Source: Haplodiscus bocki
Lineage: Eukaryota
DNA length: 64,000 nt
Direction: 5' to 3'
NCBI GenBank assembly: GCA_965655095.1
Contig: OZ296654.1
Location: forward strand, 25,792,001-25,856,000
Notes under the pieces: generated by a model
The model's input: only the letters and a program-made list of their open reading frames with translations
What the model was told of the DNA's origin: nothing
Databases searched by the model: none
Translations under genes and position numbers: made by a program
Shown: positions 48,801-60,800 of the stretch, piece by piece
Layout of the letters: each line of letters begins with the position of its first letter
Numbering within the stretch: the stretch's first letter is position 1

Positions 48801-51800
48801 TTACTATAACTATTTTTGCTTATCAAGCAAAAGTCATTCATATTCTGCATTTCTAGAGAAGATCCGAGATTCTGTTGTGAAAAAACTATACGGTTTGATT
48901 TTGGACTACATGTTAGCATTTCATATCCAAATCTTAACACTGAAAAGCGCGAGAAATTTGTTGAAATTCAGATCTGATGATAAATTATTTTTTGACCACA
49001 TTTCAAGTACTAAACTTGTTTGAAAACTACTTTAAAACACAGAAGCAACGGAACATTCTGTAAATATGCGTTTATCTTCACTTTGGACATATATTCAAGC
49101 AAATTAGAGTGTCTGACAATATGGCTGAGGTAGTAATAATGTCGAGTAAGGTCTCATAAATTGCTTGATTAGTTGTATTGTTATAGGGCTGATTCGGTCA
49201 CGTGGAACCCCCATAAACTGCTGGGCGTCACTCTCCAGTGTTCGACTCTGCTTGTAAAAGAAGACGTAAGTATTACCTCAGATCTGCCGTTGACAAAAGT
49301 GCGTGATACTTTGACGGAATTTTATGCGAATCAGGGCTGGCTAGTTAGTGCGGCGCATAATGTTGCACAATTTCTGCCTAATTCATCGGACAGATGCTGC
49401 ATAAACTTGCATGATAACTTTATCAATGATTTTAGGCCCAATTTAGCGCACATTCTATTAACAATTAGGATTTGATTGTGAAATTTATGCCATTTCCCGT
49501 GTTGAAGTCTCCGAGAAATTCAGCGCTGATCCGTTCCGATTCAGGAAGTATTCAATTCTGATTCAGCTCTGAACAGCGCTGATTGTTTTCGACTCAGAAT
49601 AACATTTATCGCTTCATTTTTTTCAAAATATTCCAATGTACCTTGATTCTGCGGCTCAAAATTCTGATTTTTTGCCTGCATTGTGAAGTGAATAATAAAA
49701 AAACAGTTGATTAAGATTCTTATGGGCCGAAATAAAGCCAAAGATACAACAAAAATTGAAAGTTTTGGGTTTTTTGGTACCGCTAAAGTAACAGAACTTA
49801 TATAGATCAAATTTTCGAAGCATTTTTTTTGGTTTTGTGAGATGAACTCTAAAATATGTTTCGAAACTTTGAGTTTTGCTGTCCTTTTGCAGAAACTTTG
49901 AGTTTTTCTGTCCTTTTGCAGAAACTTTGGAGAAAAATATTCTTTTTACAAACCTGGCAAGCCATTTTAAAGACCATTATATGCGTTTTCATGACTACTT
50001 TGAAGTTTTTATCTAAACTTGTAGATGTCAAAATTGTTTTAGAGAGAATCAGCGCCGTTGAGCGCACGGAATCTAACCTTCAAAGTTCAGAAAATCAGCT
50101 CTGAAGAGTTGATTCAGAGCTGATTCTCTCTGAAACAGCGTTGATCAGCGCTGGAAATTCAATTTCTCAAACGCTGATTGAGAGAAAATCAGAGCTGATT
50201 AGCCGTAGTATTTTTCATGTTCCCTGAATCAGCGTTGAAGTGAGGTGAAAAACGTCGAGTCTCTGAAGCAGCGCTGTTCACCTGTCAATATATCTGAGAC
50301 CTCAACCCGGGTTAGGTCACCTTAGGGCCGAAAACTTTTTGTTTTTAGCTGACCGGTGAGTTTTTGGTTTTTTTTGTGGAACCGGCACCAAGTAAGCGTT
50401 TGCTTCCTGAGCGGGAGGTTATGGATACAAATCCTCCGTAAATGCTTCTGTTTCAGAAGAACTTAATTTCATGCCACACTTTGTTTGCAGAATTTTTTTA
50501 AAGCATTTTGAGCGCATTGTATGACAATATGGGAGTGCACAGCGCTCTGCGCATTGCACAGTTCTGTAAAGATATCCACATTAAACAGCCAGCCCTGTGC
50601 GAATATTTTCTTGTAAATATTATCTAACTGCAACTTCTGAACCAAATTAGCAAAAATATACAACGCATGTTCTGCAAAATCGTTTCGCATATTCTGCTGA
50701 GATGGAAAATTGGATAAGTGATGCATGATTCAGTTTTTTTTCCAATTTCAATCGAAAATCAGATGAATATCGGCCGACAGTCTAAAATGGAAAGAGATTA
50801 TTCTGAGGTATCCAGTATTTGAATGATCAGAGAAATTCGGTATTTTGCAAACTATTTATAAATCATTAATAAAATGGAGGGAAAACATTTTTTACGTTCA
50901 CTTGCCAATTGCTCGATTCTGGAAAATTGCACCATTTCAAACTATGAATTTTTAGCATTAAATTACAGCATATATGCTCAAGAATGTGTCTCAAATTGTT
51001 ATATGTCTTCAAAATGATTGTTATTGTCTTGTTATTGTCTTCAAAGTGACTTTTTTAGGCAAAAACATATTTCATTTTGAAAACAAATCTGATTTTTTAC
51101 CTGACCTTCAATGTAGAATGGATACAAAAGGGTATTGTGTCTGAATAATGCCCTTTTGAACAATATTCGAGTTTTCTTTCAAAACATAATTTTTCTTCAA
51201 GTAAAAAAAACTGCATTTCTGCTGTGGAATGACTTTTTTTCCATCCGAAATGAATTCAAAAAAACTAAAGGGGGAAATTATTGCGGTGGTAGCCGGGCGC
51301 CCTGTTGGTTTTTTGAACTCGCTGTCTTTTAGAGATGCAAAACATTCTTATTATTTTTCGCCAAATTTAAAAAAAAGGGATGAAAATTTTTTGCTCAAAA
51401 CGACCAAATCTGACGTCTTCTCCCCGACTTTTCCAATTGCGTTCACATTTCTTCACGCTTTTCACCAAATTGTAGGACATTTGCCATAGAATGCAACTGA
51501 AATTGTGAAATTTGTCAAAACGTTCAAAATTTTTTTTTTTGAAAAAATAGATGAGTTTTTTTCGAAAAAACCTGATTTTTTTTCAAAATCATTAGAGGTG
51601 GCAAATCTGCTGTAGAATGCCTATCAAATGGCATTATCTCCTTGAAACGTTTTTTCTGCCTTATATATGAGTTTTTTGGAAAAAGTCAGAAAGTTTTTAA
51701 AATGGAAAAATAAGAAAATAAGATGAAGAAAGAGTATTTTTTTTCCAAAAGAAAAACGTTTTCGTTTTTTTCAAAACCTTCTTTAAAATATTCTGAAAAA

Positions 51801-54800
51801 AAAACAAAAATATGAAGGCGGAAATTATGCCGGTGGTGGCCGGCCCTCTTGTTATAACGGAGCATTAAAATATCGTCTCGGTTTTGTGTCAGACATTGTT
51901 AATGTAATAATAATTGTCAGGTCAGAATTTGCAAATATTACTTCATACCATAAAAAACCAACATGAACCAAAAGCACGTGGTTCAGGAAAAAATGTCGGT
52001 TAAAGAGTGTTGATTTTGGTTAATAAATTGCCGTAATTCATATAACGATTTTCTACATTGCTGGTTGTTGATGGATATTGACAAGTTCATAGAAGTAGGT
52101 ACAAAGAGATGTTTCATCCCTCACCCAAACTTAGGTTTGAAGTGACCGAGGTGTTTGTCGGATGCGCGAGTTAAATTCTTCAAGATTTTCAAGTCACCAA
52201 TCAGAGAAATGCCTCTCTGAGTTTCTCGATGAGGTTGAACAAAGTCTGTCCATAATAGTGTGTCACTATACTAATCATACAAAATCTCGTTCATAATGTT
52301 GCTATGATCAGCTAGGGTATCATATCTGGTCAAAATATGCTCAACTTGAAATCATAAATGACCATAAAATGATCATCCAGAACTTTTGTTAAATGTTGTA
52401 TCTATTTTTTCTGCTGTTGCAATTTCCAAGACTCGCTTGAAATTAAAGTTGCTCTCATGAGCAAACATTATTCCGAGTTGATTACAAGCATTGAGTGATC
52501 ATCTACGTAAAATATAGTAGCAGAATCTGTTTTCAATTTGCATAAGGGCTCTCATGGAACATTGGGTCGAGCAGTTCGGGCTTGATTAAGCTCGATTCTT
52601 CCACGAATTATGTGTTTTGACGCAAAAATAGGAAAAATTACCTTCACCAGCTTTGGCAGAGGAGGAATTATACGCTTTTTCAATTATCAAATAAATTTCA
52701 TTGTTGCAATAGCTAAGTCAGGTTCCAAATATGAACCTGACTACCTTAATATAATTTTTGTATGGTTAAATACATTAACCATAAAGGGCACCACGTATGA
52801 TCCCTTTAACAACCAGTGAATTAGAAACAGAAGAGAAAAAAAACCGGCAAGTTTTGGCAGAAATAAAACAAACATTGAGAACTAATTTTGATTTGTCATT
52901 ACCGTCCGTGACATGGGATTTTCTACCAGAATTTCTTTAATATTACGCTTTTAGAGACAACTTCTAGATTTTACATCTTTCAACTAAGAATGTTCCAAGA
53001 AATTTGATGGTGTTCAGACTAACGTGTGCAGTCATTGATCAATATAAAGATAACATCAAGGTTGTTCTGCTTTTTAAATGCGCAGAAAATTTTTTTGCTT
53101 CTAAAATCTAAAAACTTTACAATGTGGCAAAAAATAACGGAATTTTTCTGGAATAATTAATTATTTATCAACTTTTCTGAACCTCCTATAAGCTCTCATC
53201 TCTGTTATTGATAATTCAGTATATCATATGTAAAGTTCTAATTAGAAAGTATCAAATTTTTCTTTTGGGAACAGAAATCAAAATTTCCTCTACTAGATGG
53301 AATATCATTCATGATTCGTGGAACATAACTTATGATCATCCGTGACCCTTTTATGGATGAATCAAGGATGAATCACGGATGATAGTCCACGAGTGGTCAA
53401 CCTGGGACTGTGATGCCATCTTGGTATCATTAATTTTAAATGCTCTTTGAATATTATGTGTACCCAGTGTTTGGAGTTGAACTTTTTTTGCCAAGAAATT
53501 GGATTTTTTGGACTTTTGCCCATACCCTGAATTTTTTTTGTTTCTACTGCAAAGGTTTTGGATCTTTCTGGTTTTTTTTGCCAAAAACTCCAAAAATTTT
53601 TGGGATTACTTTCCGCAATCTTGAAAAATCTTGCGTACCTTGCCAAAAATAGTTGCCAATATCTTGGCAACAAATCTCAAAAATCAAAGATTCCAATCAT
53701 TGGGTGCCATCACTTCGCTGAGGAAATCAGCAGTCACAATTCAATTCTACAACTTCAAGATATAAAACTCAATGCCTAATTCGGAAGTCTGAAACGTCAG
53801 CTAAAAGACTTCATTGATATTTTGTAGCCTTCCCAATCGCAACATCTCTAACTGAAAAAATAATGATGGTGAATTTCTAAAACTTATGCGGATTGCGTTC
53901 GACGGATTTCACCTTCCGATAGCAGCTTGTACTAAAATAATGTGAACGATGTTGCCGGTTACACAATTTTGTGTCTGACTGGTATGAGAAAGAATAAGGT
54001 GACTCGAATAAGGGAATATAGTTGCAATTTAGTTTAAAGCTTTATTGAAGACAAAACGTGAAGGTCAATTCATAATATCATCCTTTCTGAAAGCTCATTT
54101 TTTTTACTAGCATGGGCGTTTTAATTAATTATCAATTTGAAAAAAAAAATTTTTCTGTTCAAAATGCATGTCCCGTTCATTTTATTGATGATAGAACAGT
54201 ATTGTGATTTTTCTCGAGGAATGAGATGTTTCGCTAGTGGGTACAAAAAGGCTGTGTTTACTTAATCACAAGAGACACGTCCATACGATACCAATTGCTG
54301 CTGGTAGAATAAAGGAATGAATTCCAATTAAAATTCACAATATTACGTCATCTAACCAACATTTTCAGCTTCTTTCTGAACACCCTATTACTTTTACAAA
54401 CAATAACTAGATTGATATCTTCAGTTTTCTTTTGATTGCTTCGGGGTTTGCTCCGACGAATCAAGAGATCAAACCCGAATTCTTGGGTGCAGTTACGATT
54501 TCTTGAAATGAAAAGACTCTGACTTTTGGAAGGATCTGCAATTTGAGAACCAGCAAATTTTTCAAAACGCGGAGGTTTCAGTTTTTGGTCTAAATGTCTT
54601 ACCCTTTTGAACTTTTCTTTTTGAAGGAAAATAGTCATTTAGTTTTAACTTTTAGTTAAATTAATAAGTTGTTCAATGGAAATGAAATTGAACGGGAACG
54701 AAGTCAGAGATGAGTCTGTTTTTATTTTTTGAAAATACAAAAATATCGAGTGAATTTTACCCTAGTTGAGCACTCAAGAAATAACTTATAAGTCCAACTC

Positions 54801-57800
54801 TCGTCCTCACTCTGTCAGAGACGCACTGCAAAATCTTGCTTAAAATGCTCTGATCAAGGGGTAGAATTTAGTAAATTAAGTCTGTACTGTAATAAGATAT
54901 CTAAGTTACCATTGGACTTTCCATCGAACTATGAATGCCAAGTTGTATCTCTGGGAGGACAACACGGACAGAAAAAAAAATTTTAATTGGATTTCATACA
55001 GGGACACCAGGTTAATTTCGGTATATTTTCCGACCAAAGACCAAATTCGGCCCGAAACTTTATTTCTCTCTTATTAGGGGTTACGTAGCAGCGTCAATTA
55101 AAACGTCGATAATTTTAGAACATCAAGGGATTAAGTACAATAAAATGTTCATGTATATAAGCATTTTAATCTGCTAACGTTCATATTTTTGCAATGCTTC
55201 AAAACCTAAAAGACATATTTTCAGTTTTCCAAATCAGAATTTACTTCAAAAGCAGAGAGGAAATTGAAAAAATTCAAGTCGTCGGTGATGCCCATATTGC
55301 TCTGAATCACAAAAATTTTCAATCGTCAAAACTTTGGATTTTGTGCCAAGGAAGACTATCTCGAGAAATTTTGAACATGGTAGAAATTATTGGAGCTTTC
55401 AGTGAGTCTTACGAGGAAAAAAAATGCTGTTATTGTCGGCCTCTTTTATACTGAGAGCGCCCACTGAAAAAAAACCCACCGTTGTGATACCTTCTTTGCA
55501 ATTCAAAAAAAATTTTCAATTGTCAAATACCAAAGTAATTCTCATACGCAGTTTGCACAAACAATTTTTTTTGGAAAAACCAAAGAAAAACATCTTGAAG
55601 CATTTTCTTTTGCTTATACCAACAAAATTTCGAGAAATTGAATATTTATTTTTTATTTGTAGTTTTGACCAAAATCACGAAATTAACCAGATAAATCTCA
55701 CTTGATTTGGTAAACTTTCGAAAAAAAAGTACTTTGGCTTATTTGCCAATTAAGCAAACATCGTCATCTCCGAAATACTTTGGACCCAATTTCAAGTCCC
55801 ATCCCAATCTGTGTTCGGTCCTAATTGTCGGAGAACCATATTTCCGTCATCTAATTCCGGTGAAAACTGTGTTAAAAAAGCCTTTATCACAACTGTCAGA
55901 ACGAATCTGAATTTCGCTAAAAAACACGGTTTGTGAAATACTTTATGTTTTCAATCGTAATGAATAATACTTCAATATAAAGAAATATTTAATTCAGTAT
56001 GTAGACTTCTTGTCTGCTCCGATGATTTGCTAATTCTGACTCCATCGACAGCAAAATCTTTGAGGAAAATTTTTCGCGCAAAATGTTCCTCTGGACACGG
56101 AGAATGCAGTTATGACAACACCAGTCTAACAATTTATCGCTAAGTCCGAAAAATATTCAAAAATTTTGAAAATCTTCAAAAAACTGTTTCGCTGAAAATG
56201 TCCGTCTGGACGCGTAAAAATCATTTTCAGGGAATATCTGCCAGACAGCCGAATTTTTTTTGTTCAAAGCCCGAATAAAGCGTTAAATTTTCAGATTTTT
56301 AAAATAAAATCGGTCAAAAATTGCTCAGAAAATCAATTTTGAGAATAACAGTTTTTTTGTCTGAAATTGTACTTACTGACCTCAGCAGGAGTCTTTCTGC
56401 GCTCTAGGGTGCCAAAACTTTTCTTGAACATTTCAGCAATCTCATTTTTGTGCCATTTCCGACGCACTGTTGACGAAAAATGTCACAGAGCTGCTGCGCC
56501 TCTTGTTTGTACATGCAATCTTTCCCTAGTTCACAAGAAAAACAATTTTTGCAAAAATCTTGCAGAATTCTTGCAATCAATACAACTTTTGCAAAATTCT
56601 TCTAAAAAAATACATATCTTGCAAGATTGGTGAATTTGAAAGTAAATCTTGCAAAATTCTCTCAACAATCTTGCAACCCTTTCGCATTTCTTGCAAAAAT
56701 TTTGCAAGAGTTGTGTTTTTTTGCATCTTGCAAGAAATGCATTTTTTGTGAGAATCTTGCAAAATCTTGGAAAAAATAAATTATCTGTATACACATTACG
56801 CTCTGATAATTTGTGCACTTCACCAAACGCAAGCATAATCAGCCGTTAGAGGTAAAATTTGTTGGACTTTACACCTGTTGAACGTGTAGCTGCTCTCAAC
56901 CAGTAAAGCCGAGTTGACGTCTCACGGACATTCAACGCTGATCAACTCTGATTGGGAAATGTTTCAGCTCCCATTCAGCGCTATTCGTTACCTGAAAATC
57001 CCTGGACAGTGCTGATCCATTGCTGATTTTTGACGATTTAGAATTTTTTTGGTTTTTTTTGCTAATATTCAAATGTACCTCGGTTTCGAGGCACCTATTT
57101 CTGATTTCTAGACTGTCAGGTGGTGGAGGGGTACTTGGAATAAAAAAGGTGTTGGCTAATCTTCATTTTAGCCAATGTTGCTAAACGGCGTGTGCCCTGC
57201 AGTGTTAAAAAGTCCCAGAAACTTACACTGTCATTAGTTTTGTAAATTTGCCCTGCATGGCAGTGCGGACAATCACGTGACCAGACAAGTTATTGAGCAA
57301 GTAAGGCTTGGAGCCAATAGAAAAACGCTACTAGGCTAGTTAAATTAGGTTTTTTTGTTTCTTGAACTTGTGCAGATCCTACCGAATAAATCAATTTTGT
57401 CCAAAATCACCAAATGGTGGTAGTGTTTATCCTCCAAACATTGTGTCGATCTTGCCGCCAAAAAAACTTTAGTTTAATTCCATATCACCTGTTCCAGCAC
57501 GAGAATTATTTTGTCTTGGCTCTGGGATTGATGCAGCGTCTCTTTTAACCGTTTTGATATATCCTTTTCTCTCCCTTCCTGTTCTCGTCAATCAGATGAG
57601 TCAAGTTCAAACAGCAAGAATACAAACTGCGCTCTTCACTTCTTGTGTTTCTAATAAAATTTAAAATCCTGATCCCTTCGTTTTTTGTAGACACTTCTGG
57701 AAGTTACTATCAACTTTTTGATAGATTTTTAATGAGAATTTGGGGTCCTTTCAAAATCTGAGCGTTTTTCGTGACGCGATAAGATTAATTTGAGAAAAAA

Positions 57801-60800
57801 GTGAGCAACAAAATTTAGGTTGTTCAATTTTTTTCACAAGTTAGAGACTCAACGGAAAATCAAATTTTTAAAAACTTCTCAAGTGAAAAAAACTGACAGG
57901 GTTCAAATTCTCAAAAACCTTTTCTCGTTTATTCTGAAGAGCTTTCACGATTTTATCCAATTTTTCGCAGTCAATTTTCAGGATGTTGGGGAAAGTTCCA
58001 ATTAATTCGATACTGGGAATGCCATTTTATTTACCACTTCATGCGGTTTAATCACTTCTGACTACGATATCACCTTTTGGTTTTCTCACCTAATTGTGTT
58101 AATATCAGAACTGATTCAAAGCTAAATTCAATATTTGAGAGCCAAAAAACTGCGCTGATACTCTCTGAAACAGAGCTGTTCAGTGATGAATTGTCAAGTT
58201 CAGAGAAAAACAAACCCGATGTTTTTCATAATCTCTGAATCAGCCCTGAAAACTGAAAACGTAAATGGGCTAAAATCAGCTTCGAATATCTCTAAGACTT
58301 CAACCCAGGAATGTATTGGTTGAAATGGTGAAATTGAGGCTAGTTTTTTTTCTCGAATAGTGTGGAGCAGAAGAAATCATTTTTTTTTCAACTGCGGCGA
58401 CAGAAATGGCTGTTGTTGCAGCACATCTGCGAGGCCTTCGGACAAGCTCGCGCGGAGAAAAACACAACCCCGGAACTTCTAGGGATTAAACGAGACTTAA
58501 CAAACACTGAACTATATGTTTTATATAAAAATTAAAAGTATTGCATGTAAAAGATACTCAGTGTATACGTATCAATCCGGTGATCGAGATTCGGACGGGA
58601 CCGTTACGGAAGAAACGATTATTCAACTTTCTTCAACGCGTCTATTTTTGTTCTCGAAGGTGCTATATTTACAATCAATTTATAGAGTTATTAATATAAA
58701 TCCACCTTATCAACAAGTAGTGAAACAGTTGAAACTGAATTTGACAATGTCATTGAGTTTGCCTAATAACAGTTGCAAAATATAGAGCGTGACTTTGAAA
58801 TTAAAAATTCATTCCGTACGTATTCCGTCGCTAACAATTTTGTGAAGTCTTCTGAATTCATTCCATTCAGCTCTGCTAGCATGCTGTGTCATTTTGGCCA
58901 ATTACTAAACAGTTCCGTTTTCACTTATTTCCTTTACTTCGGCAAAACTGCTACAAGCAACGCTACAAGCGACTACGGATCCGTTTCGGAACGCAATGGT
59001 GAATTTAAGGAACCAGCTAGTTGAAGCGAGGATTGGACAAGGAACGAGCCTAGTTCCGCTCCAAAAGTGTATTCAAACGATGCGCAGTGAGACCATATGT
59101 ACATTTTAACATGTAATTACCAAATTCATTTATTATTATTTTCAATTTGATGATTTCTCCAATAATAATTTCGTACTATGGGAAAACTTTTGATCATTTG
59201 TTTGTAATAATACTTTCGGTGTCGGCGCGGGAACAAGCACCTTGATGTGCCTTTCTGAAGGATTAGGCTCGCAGATTTTCCGTCGAAATATGGAAAAGAC
59301 GCAACCTTTGAGAGAAAAATGGATGAAAAGGTGTTTATTTCCCGCCAAATTCGACACTTTCGCCACCTTTTCAGATAATTTGATTTTAATTTTTTTCGCT
59401 CTCTGTACCTTGACTAGACGTGTAAACAATTACGTATTCCTGCCAAGGAAGAGGTATAAATGGGAGAAATGAGAGTGCTCTTATAATTAATATTGTACGA
59501 CTTGTGTTGTTTTACACGTTTCCCACTTTGCAATTCAGTTAACTATCTTTGATTCAAAGTTTTTCCTCTTTTAAAAGAAAAGCTACATTTTCGTTGCACT
59601 CAACAATTTTTTTACGCCATAAAAACGATAATTCAGTCTTCAAATATTGCTGAGCTTTTCCCTTCAAAAGATGGGGACATTGAGAAGTAAGCGAAAGTTA
59701 GCAGTTGTTTTAAGAGAAACACAAAAAGACCATCCTAGGGACAGCCCGTCACGAAACTCATCCGTTCCTGGAATCACCGAGAAGTACATCACCCAGATTT
59801 TTGAAGAGATTGAATGCAGGGTCACTAAGAAACTGTCCTAGGATTTCAGCAGGACAACGTCCCGCTTTTTGGGAGCTCTGTCTAATTTGGACGACTTTCT
59901 CTTGAACCCACAGTTACGGACACTCTCCGGGAACCTCCTGGAACACAAAGACAGAAAACCAGGAACCAACTGGGGATCGTTACCAGAATGATCCCCATCC
60001 TGAAGTGGAGTTCTCTATCTGTCAGTCCCACAATTTAATTGCCTCGGACCCAGATGAGCCCTCCCAGAGCGGTATATGGTAGCATAAATCTGTATCCTGG
60101 AGATAATTTATTTGTCAGTTTTTATCAATTTTTAGGACTCCCAGTCAAGAACAGTCAGGAACGCCCTCAAACAAAAACTCCCCTCCGTCTTTATACTTCG
60201 TGATACCCCCTTCCTTTTAAAGTTGATGTAGAAAACATTTTCGTATACCAAAGAGCCTCTCTACGATACTGTCGGCAGTGTGAAACATAATTTTTACGAC
60301 AAAAAATATCATTTGCAAAATTTTCCAGAAAAAAGGTGTTCTACGGGTTTTTTAGCCTTGTGGGCGGCTACATTTTGGGGCTATTCCCACCTTGTTTTAT
60401 CTCCGTACGAATATTTCTGAATTATTCAAGTAACCTCATGAGTAAGGCAGTAACGTTTTTTCGCAATTAATCATATTCTTCGGCGAACTAACACTATACG
60501 AACGGAAGTATCTGAAAAAATTTGTATGTTGCATTAATTATCTTTTTTCAAGAAAATCTTCCCAATTGATTTCTTTTTCATGCATCAATAATGTACATCC
60601 CTTTTCTCCCCTCTAGGGCCTCCTTGAGAGTTGTAACGCCCTGCACGCGGACTACCTGTTCCAACAGGACAAGCACTATGACGTCAGCTACGACACGGGA
60701 GACAAGGCGATCCAGTGTGGACGTCACGTGGACATCTTCAAGTTCTGGCTCATGTGGAGGGCCAAGGGCAGAGTGGGCATGGAGGCACATGTCAACCTGA

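Noticed and set aside
50380-50445. Second tRNA-derived SINE head
   Set aside because: The B box is too degenerate (GGATACAAATCC) and no stems can be folded.
60578-60800. ORFs 60578..60790(-) and 60591..60800(+)
   Set aside because: Shadow frames of GAD exon K.
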